DNA from: Octopus vulgaris
Lineage: Eukaryota
Assembly: GCA_951406725.2 (NCBI GenBank)
Contig: OX597834.1
Span: 28,086,001-28,150,000, forward strand
DNA: 64,000 bases
Reading direction: 5' to 3'
Of the stretch, positions 53,018 to 64,000 are shown in pieces. The position numbers and the translations under genes are program-made. Each line of letters starts with the position of its first letter. Position 1 is the stretch's first letter. The notes under the pieces were generated by a model. That model ran no database searches. It saw only the letters and a list, made by a program, of their open reading frames with translations, and had not been told where the DNA came from.

Positions 53018-53251
53018 TATTTCTTTACTACCCACAAGGGGTTAAACACAGAGGGGACAAACAAGGCCAGATAAAGGGATTAAGTCGATTATATCGACCC
53101 CAGTGCGTAACTGGTACTTATTTGATCGACCCCGAAAGGATGAAAGGCAAAGTCGACCTCGGCGGAATTTGAACTCAGAACGTAACGGCAGACGAAATAT
53201 GGCTACGCATTTCACCTGGCATGTTAACGTTTCTACCAGCTCGCCACCTTA
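53018..53251 (-). mobile_element. SINE family B nested in an older family-B copy
   Basis: 16-bp TSD ggtaggtttaagtacc at 53002 and 53252. Confidence 0.88.
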
Positions 53252-53886
53252 GGTAGGTTTAAGTACCAGTTACACACTGGGGTCGATGTAATTGACTAGC
53301 CGCCTCCCACAAAATTTCAGGCCTTGTGCCTATAGTAAAAAGGATTATTATTATTATTATTACAATTTTTTTTTATTTTCTAAGGCTGCAAGCTCGTAGA
53401 ATCTTAAGACTATTGGAAAATATGCTTTGCAGTATTTGTTCCAGTTCTCTGCACTCTGAATTCAAATACTGCCAAGGTCAACTTTGCCTTTCATCTTTTC
53501 AGAGGGAATAAAATGAGATTCCACTCAAGTATTAAGCTGGTGGAATCAACTTGCGCCCTGCTCCTCGACATCATTGGCCTTGTGCCAAAACTTGGAAGAA
53601 TTCATATTCCAAGTCCAACAGGACCAAAGCATGATGCCATGACGAAGAGAGGAAGAGAAATATCAAAAAGTAAAAATGGGAATGTTGGGGTGGGGGGTGG
53701 GATGAAAGGGGGCGTCATTACCATAATAAGCCTACATTATTCAAGGTGAACATGGAAATAAATGGAACTAAAAGAAAAACAATAAACAGCTTTCAGTGAG
53801 GGGGGGGTGATGGAGAAGAAATAAGCTATCTCCAAGGAAACAGCAACTCATAGGTAATGATAACAAAAGGGGAATGAAACCTAAGA

Positions 53887-53917
<31 letters not shown>

Positions 53918-56900
53918 GGCAGCAGTGGTGATGGTGATGGTGGTTTCAAGGGTGTGAATGTAGGAAATTCTAACTAATTCTAATTGGAACTCTATCAGTT
54001 ATGACAATGTTGCTGTTTGTCCCTTCTCGAGCCATCCCTGGCTCATAAGGGCCGGTCTCCCGGCTTCCTTGGCGTATAGGTTCCCCACCTGGACTGGACG
54101 CCGGTCCGTCGCAGGTCACCTGCAAGATGCAGGAAGAAAGAGTGAGAGAAAGTTGTGGTGAAAGAGTCAGCAGAAGTTCGCCACTACCTTCTGCCCGGAG
54201 CCGCGTGGAGCTTAGGTATTTCGCTCATAAACACACACATCGCCCGGTCTGAGATTCGAACCCGCGATCTCTCGACCGCAAGTCTGCTACCCTAACCACT
54301 AGGCCATGTGCCTCCACTATAACAATGTGGCTTCCAGTTAATCTGATCAAAGGAACAGCTGGCTCTTGAAATTAACATGCGAGTGGTTTAGCATTCCACA
54401 AACACACCGTACCCTTAATGTGGTTCTCAGGGAGGTTCAGTATGACACAGGATGTGACATGTCTGGCCCTTTGGCCCTTTGAATTACATGAACTACTCAT
54501 TTTTGCCAGATGAGCCAGACTGAAGCAACATGAAATGAAGTGTCTTGTTCAAGGACAGAACATACTCCCAGGAATTGAACTCACAACCATACGATCACGA
54601 GCCAAATACCTTAAACTATTTCTTTACTACCCACAAGGGGCTAAACACAGAGAGGACAGACAAGGAGATTAAGTCGATTACATCGACCCCAGTGCATAAC
54701 TGGTACTTAATTTATCGACCCCGAAAGGATGAAAGGCAAAGTCGACCTCAGCGGAATTTGAACTCACAACGTAACGGCAGACGAAATACGGCTACGCATT
54801 TCGCCCTAACCACTAACCCAAGCACCTCCACAGAAACTAGCATCCTGTAAAATAGATGCTAATGTCTTACCCCCACACCATTCTACACCACTCGACCTTT
54901 GTCCAGTTGCTCCCACCATTCTACACCAAGCACTATTAGAACCACCACCATCATCATCATCATCATCATCAGCATCGTCACCACTACACCTACAAAACAA
55001 CTTGTTGCAGTTACAAACATGCAAAAAAGAGGTGGGTGGGTGGGTGGGTGAGCGGAAAGAGTGCAAAGGCAAAGATATAACATAATAAAAATTTAAATAA
55101 AATCAAAATGGGGAACAATGAAAAGACAAGAGGGGGGGTATACAAAATGGGTATTGTAAAAAAAAAAAAAAAAAAAAAAAGGAGGTGGCTCAGATTGAAA
55201 TAAGAACCTTGATGGAGGTGTAAATATTTATAAAGATGGCCAAGCTGTGTAACAAAGTTTAAAACAAAAAGAAAATACACTTAAGATAAAGGGTGGACTC
55301 CCTTTCTTTCTATTTGTCCTTCCCTCCTTTCTATTTATCCATTCATCCTTCGTTATTTCATTCCTTCCTTCCTTCCTATCTATCCTTCCTTTTTTACTTC
55401 CTTCCTGACTTTCCTTCTTTAATTATAAAGTATATATATATATATGTGTGTGTATAGTTGCCAATCTTTGCCCACAGAAGATGTAGGTTGGCTTTACAGT
55501 ATGTTTATATGCATCCACTATTGACTGCATACACAAGACGTTTTGCACACTCCATCTGCCAACGTTACAACTATTACATAATTCTGAGCCCCCAGAAACA
55601 GCTGTCGAGCCTGAAATACCATACCCTCTACCCTTATGTTTCTGTATTTTTTTTGTATTCCACGTAAATTTATTCCATAAATATATATATATAAATATCT
55701 TTATGCTTATACACAAGTGTTCATCTGATGACTATTTTCAGTTTTTGCTTCTCTCTATATATACCCCTATATATATTTACATGTGTGTATGTATAGCATA
55801 TATTTTATGTATCAAGCCCAAGTGTGTTTATTGACATTACTATCTCTCTCTGTCACTGTCAAGATCTTCTCCATAAAATTTTAATAAATATGTCCTCTAC
55901 CAAAAATATTGAGTAAAAACCTTTATTTTAATGTTAAATTGTTTTTATACATAATTTGATATAAAAACGAACATTAACATATATGTGTGTGTATCTGTTT
56001 GTTATTGATGTGGTAAGAATTTAGTAACTTCAAGAACTTGAAATAATTCCGTTTTGGAACAGTGAATCCTGAAGGAGAATAAAGCTATAAATAATAGTGT
56101 GTGAATACCAAGTTTAAAAAATTCTCTTTGGAATAGAAAAAGTCAAAGACTTGTTGTTCCATAATAAACATATCATTTAATACATACAATATAAAGATAT
56201 GATCTACTAAGAGTTTCATGCCATGGAAACAGAATAATTCAGCAAACACCTTCTGTCTCCAAGCGATCCTTCAGGCTCAATATACATGGTTGGGTTTAAT
56301 TGCATAACATGATACTGATCTATAAATCTGCCAAATTATTGTGTTTCCATGACATGAAACTATTAGTAGGCTCTTGTTTAAATACAGCATATATTAAATG
56401 ACATCTATCTCTCACTGGTGCTTTTGTTTTTGCTGATCCTAACAATAACAGAAAAGTAAACCCTGCCACACACACTTAAACACATACTCAAAAATTAAAT
56501 AAACTCCAGGCGTGGCTGTGTAGTAAGTAGCTTGCTAAACAACCACATGGTTCCGGGTTCAGTCCCACTGCATGGCATCTTGGGCAAGTGCCTTCTGCTA
56601 TAGCCCCGGGCCGACCAATGCCTTGTGAGTGGATTTGGTAGACGGAAACTGAAAGAAGCCCATCGTATATGTGTATATATATATATATGTGTATGTGTGT
56701 TTGTGTGTCTGTGTTTGTCCCCCTAGCATCGCTTAACAACCGATGCTGGTGTGTTTACGTCCCCGTCACTTAGCGGTTCGGCAAAAGAGTCCGATAGAAT
56801 AAGTACTGGGCTTACAAAGAATAAGTCCCGGGGTCGATTTGCTCGACTAAAGGCGGTGCTCCAGCATGGCCGCAGTCAAATGACTGAAACAAGTAAAAGA

Positions 56901-57572
56901 GTAAAAGAGAGAGAGTAACACATGTACCATAACTAGCAGAACCGTGGCAGTAGTAAACAGAGGTGTAGACCGCAAGCTACACTTCAGGCCAAGGACATCT
57001 TGATTGTATGAAGTCTACATTGTTGTAACGAGATCTCGTGTAAACTCGTTAGGGAGTTGATCTCCTAAAAACAATGTAAGCTTTATATAACCAAGGTTTC
57101 CTTGGCCAAAAGAGCAGCCTGCGGTTTACCCCTAATTTGGATAATTTACTACTTCCAAGTTTCCACTAGCTATGAAGCATATGTAGCCTGGATTTTATCT
57201 ACTCCATTCCCTAATTTTGGAATATCTATCTGCATATACAACAACCCCTGTTGCTATCCGTGAACTAAAAAATAAACTTTCGTCAGCTTATTGTACTTCA
57301 ATACGGGGAAAATTCACAATCTTCTGCGACAATAAACCACTGTTGTTCCTGAATGTTGTTCTTTATATATTCTATAAATTGCTTGAAGCTTACTAACTTC
57401 CTACACCTTGACCCTTGGATCTTACATATATATATATATAAATATATAAAATTCATTTTTGGAATAGTGGGTTCCTGAAGGTACAAATATTTACATGCCG
57501 TTATTTATAACTTTGTGTGCTTCAAAAAAAACTCTAATTCAAAAACAATTATTCCATGTTCTTGCAAACCTT

Positions 57573-57633
<61 letters not shown>

Positions 57634-57858
57634 ATAGAAATATTAAAATAACTAGTCTCTCTAAAAGGAACAGCGGCAGCGTTCCGGAAAATAATAGTTA
57701 TCGCCATATAATATGGCATTCTTATAAAAATAAGAAAAAAGCTGTCCGCTTATTAGCTCCATGAAGCCATCGCCTTAAGTTAGCTATTTGATACACAAAC
57801 TGTATCCATATAACCTTCGAACAAGGGAGGTCAGTCGCTCCACACTACTTGACCGGCA

Positions 57859-57900
57859 GCTACAGACGCGTTTCGGGGTATTGCCCCTTTTCAATGCAGC
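57859..57900 (-). ncRNA. Minimal type I hammerhead, U3-A8 variant
   Basis: GCUGCA UUGAAAA GGGG CAAUA CCCC GAAAC GC GUC^ UGUAGC; stem III ACGCGU is palindromic. Confidence 0.78.
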
Positions 57901-58019
57901 GTAGCCAGCCAGTAGGTGTCGCTTCCGACAATCTCTGTTCGATGGTTTTATTTACCGAAACTAGGTAAATAAAACCATCGAACAGAGATTGTCGGAAGCG
58001 ACACCTACTGGCTGGCTAC

Positions 58020-58060
58020 GCTGCATTGAAAAGGGGCAATACCCGAAACGCGTCTGTAGC
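58020..58060 (+). ncRNA. Minimal type I hammerhead, U3-A8 variant (one C missing in stem II)
   Basis: GCUGCA UUGAAAA GGGG CAAUA CCC GAAAC GC GUC^ UGUAGC; predicted cut after 58054. Confidence 0.72.
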
Positions 58061-58379
58061 TGCCGGTCAAGTAGTGTGGAGCGACTGACCTCCCTTGTTC
58101 GAAGGTTATATGGATACAGTTTGTGTATCAAATAGCTAACTTAAGGCGATGGCCTCATGGAGCTAATAAGCGGACAGCTTTTTTCTTATTTTTATAAGAA
58201 TGCCATATTAGTATGGCGATAACTATTATTTTCCGGAACGCTGCCGCTGTTCTCTTTTAGAGAGACTTAGTTATTTTAATATTTCTATTATTGAAAACAA
58301 GTGGATGTATTCCACCGAAACTAGGTAAATAAAACCATCGAACAGAGATTGTCGGAAGCGACACCTACTGGCTGGCTAC

Positions 58380-58421
58380 GCTGTATTGAAAAGGGGCAAT
58401 ACCCCGAAACGCGTCTGTAGC
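58380..58421 (+). ncRNA. Minimal type I hammerhead, U3-A8 variant
   Basis: GCUGUA UUGAAAA GGGG CAAUA CCCC GAAAC GC GUC^ UGUAGC; predicted cut after 58415. Confidence 0.75.
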
Positions 58422-60395
58422 TGCCGGTCAAGTAGTGTGGAGCGACTGACCTCCCTTGTTCGAAGGTTATATGGATACAGTTTGTGTATCAAATAGCTAA
58501 CTTAAGGCGATGGCCTCATGGAGCTAATAAACGGACAGCTTTTTTCTTATTTTTATAAGAATGCCATATTAGTATGGCGATAACTATTATATATATATAT
58601 ATATACACATACACACACACACATTGTTTTAATTGGCAGAAGTTGCTAAGTGACTTAAGGGCCAAGAGTTTTGAGCAGTATATGTTTATATATATATATA
58701 TAAATAATGGCACTCTGTCGGTTATGACGACAAGGTTCCAGTTGATTTAATTAACAGAACAGCCTGCTTTTGAAATTAACATGCATGTGGCTGAGTACTC
58801 CACAGATATGTGTACCCTCAACGAAGTTCTCAAGGAGATCCAGTGTGACACAGAGTGTGACAAGGCTGGCCCCTTTGAATTACAGGTACAACTCATTTTT
58901 GCCAGCTGAGTGGACTGGAGTAACAAGCAATAAAGGGTCTTGCTCAAGGGCACAGTGTGTCGCCAGGAATTGAACTCAGGACCTTATGATCGTGAGCTGA
59001 ATACCCTAACCACTATACCACACACCTTCACATATATACATATGTATAACTATTTCTTTATTACCCACAAGGGGCTGAAAATAGAGGAGACAAACATGGA
59101 CAGACATAGGTATTAAGTCGATTATATCGACCCCAGTGCTTAACTGGTTCTTAATTTATCGACCCCGAAAGGATGAAAGGCAAAGTCGACCTCGGCGGAA
59201 TTTGAACTCACAACGTAACGGCAGACGAAATACCGCTAAGCATTTCGCCCGACGTGCTAACGATTCTGCTAGCTCGCCGAACAGCAAAAATTAACCTACA
59301 ACAATACATAACATTTTATCAAAGAGAAAATGGGAATGAAAAGATTGTGAAAAAAATCAGGGTGGATCTGTGCAATACATAAGGAAATCAGGGTGGATCA
59401 GTGCATGACTTGATAATAAACCGGGTAGAAAGAAAGGGGTGGAAAAATTAATAAAGAATCAATAACGAAACAATCGAAAATAATTAATGAATGAAAAGCA
59501 ATCAGTAAATAGGGTTGGTTATTAAAACGTGTGTGCGGAGAGTGTTGGTGAGGGTTTTAAAAAAAACACATACATAACAAAAAATAAAACAAAAAGTGGC
59601 AACAGCAGCAGCAACAGTGGCAGCAAGGTTAAAGGTTACAAACAACATCAGTTAAAATAAAAAGGGTTAAAAAAACAAAAAAATTTAGATAACAAAAATG
59701 CGTAAAAGCTGCGGGATAACAGACATTAAAAAAAATAGGAAAAACAAAAAAATTTAAAAAGTTAATTAAATAAGAATAAGTTATAACTTGTTTAAGAAAG
59801 CCGAGAAATTTCATTTTCTGTCCAAATTTCGCATTTCAAAAAACAAAATACAATTTTTAGATTTGGACCCTTTTTTTGAAATAAGTGGTGTTAAAATGAA
59901 AAGAAGTTTACTACTACAACTACCAATGCTACTAGTGTTACTAATAACTACTGATATTAATATTATTATGACAAAGACTACGACAATAGTGAATACGGAT
60001 ACCAAAATGCAAAAAATATAGAAATATTTTCAAAAATATTGTCATCATCTTCATTTTGCATTCGCTTTCCAAACAACCATGGGTTGAACTGGTTGCTGCA
60101 GTCTGAACCAGTTCTTAAGTTTTTGAGTCAGTAACTGTCTTCGTAGACAAGTCAGAGGGCAATGCTGTGCTAACCCATCTTAGACAGTAGTAATTCCATA
60201 ATAAAGAACTGATCCAGACCAACCAAGATCCCTTATCTGATCCCATACAATCACAGAAGGCAGTCAAAAAATGATGACAATGGTGATGAAATTTCAAAGA
60301 AAAAATATTGTACGAAAATAAAATGGTTTTGTAACTAAATGTATTTTTTGCATACGTCTCATAATTTCTAAGTGTTTCACACTTGGAACAATTCT

Positions 60396-60635
60396 TTAAC
60401 CCTTTTCATACCAAACCAACCTGAGACAGTTCCTTGTTCTATGACAAAAACTTCCAGTTTTAAATAATCTAAATCAAAACCTTCCATCGAAATGACTTGG
60501 TAATTTATGCTCAAAACATCAGCCTAATTGATGCTAATGACTAAGTTTATTTTACTAAATTCTTCGTCCTTTTCGAAAATTAATTGCAACAAAGGCAGGG
60601 TATTTCAAGAGGAATATGGCTAAGAAAAGGGTTAA
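60396..60635. mobile_element. TTAA-flanked MITE related to 51285-51507
   Basis: TTAA-CCCTTTTC ... GAAAAGGG-TTAA with internal similarity to the 51-kb copy. Confidence 0.6.
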
Positions 60636-60842
60636 AAACAAGACGATGATACTACTACAACTACTACTACTAATACTAATAAAATTACTATTAGAATCTA
60701 ACAACAACAGTGGAACAAATAGGGTACTATGAACAACTAAATCAGGAAAGGTACTTCTGTCGGTCAAGTTGGCACTAGCATACATAGATATTTATATATA
60801 AAGCCTTGCAAGTAGATTTGGTACATACACATGCGTTTGCAC

Positions 60843-60878
<36 letters not shown>

Positions 60879-61118
60879 AAGGTAAACTTCTTTGAGTTTC
60901 TGTATCAAATCCAGTCACAAGTTTTGATCAGTCCAAGGCTACGGTAGGAAACACTTGCCCAGGGTGCCATGCTGTGGGACTGAACCTGAAACCATGTGGT
61001 TGAAACTTCTTGAGCACACAACCACACCTGTACCTTATGATCATATGACGTAAATAATGACTGTTCCGTATTCTAAGCAGTAGAAGGACTTTGTTCTTAC
61101 TCCATGCATTGTACTGAT

Positions 61119-61502
61119 GGAGGCGCAATGGCCCAGTGGTTAAAGCAGCGGACTCGCGGTCATAGGATCACGGTTTCGATTCCCAGACCGGGCGTTGTGA
61201 GTGTTTATTGAGCGAAGACACCTAAAGCTCCATGAGGCTCCAGCAGGGGATGGTGGTGATCCCTGCTGTACTCTTTCACCACAACTTTCTCTCACTCTTT
61301 CTTCCTGTTTCTGTTGTACCTGTATTTCAAAGGGCCGGCCTTGTCACTCTCTGTGTCACGCTGAATATCCCCGAGAACTACGTTAAGGGTGCACGTGTCT
61401 GTGGAGTGCTCAGCCACTTACACGTTAATTTCACGAGCAGGCTGTTCCGTTGATTCGGATCAACCGGAACCCTCGTCGTCGTAACCGACGGAGTGCTTCC
61501 AC
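61119..61502 (+). mobile_element. tRNA-derived SINE (family A)
   Basis: A/B boxes; TSD cattgtactgat at 61107 and 61503. Confidence 0.9.
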
Positions 61503-61751
61503 CATTGTACTGATATGTTTCCATAGATTGATTAGAATATTGAGCTGTGGTCCAGAGTAAGACTAAGGAACAAGAGATCCCTACAGCAAATTTTCTTTCC
61601 CTTTCTACACAAAAATCTATGCCTCTGTAACACTGCAAGGAGTCAACAGTGGCTAATGGGAGAAGAGACAGAGGAACGTAACTAAATGATAAGAAACCAA
61701 CTTTTGCTATTTCAGTTTCACTTATATTAACTTTTCAAAGTATTTCCATAA

Positions 61752-61912
61752 GGCGCAGGAGTGGCTGTGTGGTAGGTAGCTTGCTAACCAACCACATGGT
61801 TCCAGGTTCAGTCCCACCGCGTGGCATCTTGAGCAAGTGCCTTCTGCTAAAGCCCCGGGCCGACCAATGCCTTGTGAGTGGATTTGGTAGATGGAAACTG
61901 AAAGAAGCCTGT

Positions 61913-61950
<38 letters not shown>

Positions 61951-62175
61951 TGTATGTGTGTGTGTGTTTGTGTGTCTGTGTTTGTCCCACTAGCATTGCT
62001 TGACAACCGATGCTGGTGTGTTTACGTCCCCTGTCACTTAGCGGTTCGGCAAAAGAGACGATAGAATAAGTACTGGGCTTACAAAGAATAAGTCCCGGGG
62101 TCGATTTGCTCGACTAAAGGCAGTGCTCCAGCATGGCCGCAGTCAAATGACTGAAACAAGTAAAAGAGTGAAGAG
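61752..62175 (+). mobile_element. SINE family C with an internal (TA)n(TG)n tract; copies near 3745-4110, 14960-15280, 23455-24310, 25980-26381, 27305-27690, 48950-49365 and 56507-56912
   Basis: TGGCTGTGTGG A box, GGTTCAGTCC B box, shared body and (AAAAGAGT)n tail. Confidence 0.88.
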
Positions 62176-62447
62176 TGTAAGTCTGTCCTAAAAGCCCATG
62201 CTTGTTTTCAACTAGCCTTTGTTTCACACACTCTGAGCTAAAATAAAGCTTTCTTTTCATAACTCCTTAGTTACTCTGGCGGTTTGGAAAAAACCCAGGT
62301 ATTTGTATCATATATAATGCATGGATACTAAGGAAATGTTTACAGACTTTAAGTTGGCCCTCGTTTCCAGGGTTAATATAAAGCTTTCCTTTCCTATGTC
62401 TGAAGTTACTCTGGTGGTTGGAAAAAATTAGGTATGTGTATCATATA

Positions 62448-62849
62448 CTAGCAGCATAGCCCGGCGTTGCCCGGGTATGTAAGAGCCCCTAGTAGGCAAC
62501 GACTAATCCCAATCTAGTTCTTTCCCTCCAGGGAACGAAGGCACATGTGTAGGTTGCAATGTCTTCTCTTCACTCGAATACTTCTATGTATACGATGTTC
62601 CTAGCTGTCTCCCGACAGAAAATGTGTTGCATATAAAAAGCTTAGATTCTAGACCCCATGTCGAATTTACCGATTTTTTTCAGAACTGGGGGAACTTTTC
62701 AAAATTTTTGCTGCGTTAGTTTTGAATTATGACATTGGGCTATGTGTGTGTCAAGTTTCATCAGAATCGGTTGAAAGCCGTGGTCAGGGTGAGGGTACAA
62801 CCTGACAGCCACACAGACAGACAAACTGCCATTTACATATATATAGAGA
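62448..62849 (-). mobile_element. Non-autonomous Helitron inserted in a ~135-bp tandem duplication
   Basis: Minus strand TC...cccgggcaacgccggg...CTAG, inserted between A and T. Confidence 0.8.
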
Positions 62850-63360
62850 TGATATACGGATGCCAGGAGAATGTGTCCTGTTGTAGTACATCTGACACAC
62901 AGAATAGGCAAGGGGTTAACAAACTAAATTTGCAAGACTTTTAGACATAACGAATATATATATAAAAAATAAGATGTTACAAGAATTAGAAAAAAGAAAA
63001 TTTAATTATTAAAATATGAAAAAATGAAATAGTTAAAAAAAAAACAGTTAACAAAATTAATGTTTTGACAAATAATATAATTAGTTCATTGAATAATTAT
63101 ATAAACTTAAGATTAAAATTTCAAGTTGAAATACTTTTTAGTGATTTTTTGGTTAATTTTACTGTTAATTATATTTTAGAGTTTCTAATGGTTTATTTAG
63201 ATTTTAATTTTATTATTTTAAACTTTTAAAAGTAAGCAACAAAATCAGGTTAACGAACCAGATTGAAATAAAAACCCAAAGAGTGTTTCAATAAATGGTA
63301 GAATTCTTAAGAATTCACTGAAGAATCATTTGTGTTTTTGATTTCTTACAAAGACTAAGA

Positions 63361-63403
<43 letters not shown>

Positions 63404-64000
63404 ACGTGCACGCGTGCATACTAAAATCACAAGGTCCACCGGATTGGACATGTAAGGTTTAACAGACAACAGGTTGGCCTGTGTAATTGCCAAGTGGTAT
63501 CCAAGAGATTGGAAGAGACCATTTAGAAGAGCTCCAGTACGGGGGTGGGGGGGGCTGATATAGTTAAACGATTTAGACCAAGATTGAAAAGAGGGGCAAA
63601 TCAAGAAAGAATTAGAAACACATATTGATCAGCAGTGAATAAAAACTTCTGATCATCATCATTGTTCGACCGTGGTCGAGACTTTCATAGTCTTTTCAAA
63701 TGGCTAATAATGTGTGCGCGCGCCACTACTACACAGATTGGAAAGCATTGTACAACCAAGTACTATAGAAGATCTTTCCTCCTCCATGAAACAAAGCTGT
63801 TCCCACTGGATGTCAACCCAGTATTTCTAAGCTACGGACCCAGTGATTTATTGTAAGGTTATCTCCCTAGACAGATTGCCTTCACTACGGCTAAGGAGCC
63901 CTTTCTACCCCATAGCCTGATAGCCTGGTCAATACAAGTGATGTACTATTTATATATGTGTGTATATATAAATATGGATTTCAGTAAAGTATAAGGTTTC

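Larger units (their letters stand above)
57631..58590. mobile_element. Penelope-pLTR/retrozyme-like element: one inverted copy plus ~1.8 direct copies of a 360-bp unit
   Basis: 57631-57956 is the reverse complement of 57964-58291 (7-nt loop); 57961 and 58321 start identical lines (period 360); (TA)n on both sides. Confidence 0.85.

Noticed and set aside
56173-56402. Old imperfect inverted repeat with ~65-bp arms
   Set aside because: Too diverged to define termini or a TSD; probably an ordinary decayed MITE
57265-57292. CTGACGA on the minus strand, and similar CTGANGA hits near 7703, 7806, 14142 and 55726
   Set aside because: No correctly spaced stem II, GAAA or stem I, so they are chance matches
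52808-64000. N-terminal CTDSPL exons (ITQV or LFCC motifs)
   Set aside because: Not found by eye; probably beyond the right edge of the window

Overview
AT-rich, microsatellite- and SINE-dense animal genomic DNA; the SINE repertoire suggests Octopus (a coleoid cephalopod). Most ORF-track entries are microsatellite or SINE artefacts. Two real spliced genes lie on the minus strand. (1) A GM2-activator-like ML-domain lipid-binding protein: TATA box and signal-peptide exon at 15507-15582, exons at 3196-3388 and 1146-1353, last exon presumably left of the window. (2) The catalytic part of a CTD small phosphatase (SCP/CTDSP/CTDSPL): six exons from 52807 to the stop at 42491, with 5' exons not found. 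Mobile DNA includes three non-autonomous Helitrons, TTAA MITEs, R4/Dong-, Tx1- and CR1-like LINE fragments and several tRNA-SINE families. The most striking signal is about a dozen type I hammerhead ribozyme motifs from at least six unrelated short non-coding repeat families. They occur as ~350-360 nt partial tandems and/or long fold-back palindromes, usually next to (TA)n, which fits Penelope-pLTR/retrozyme-like elements. Some cores are canonical, some carry a compensatory U3-A8 swap, and several lie sense-strand inside host introns.
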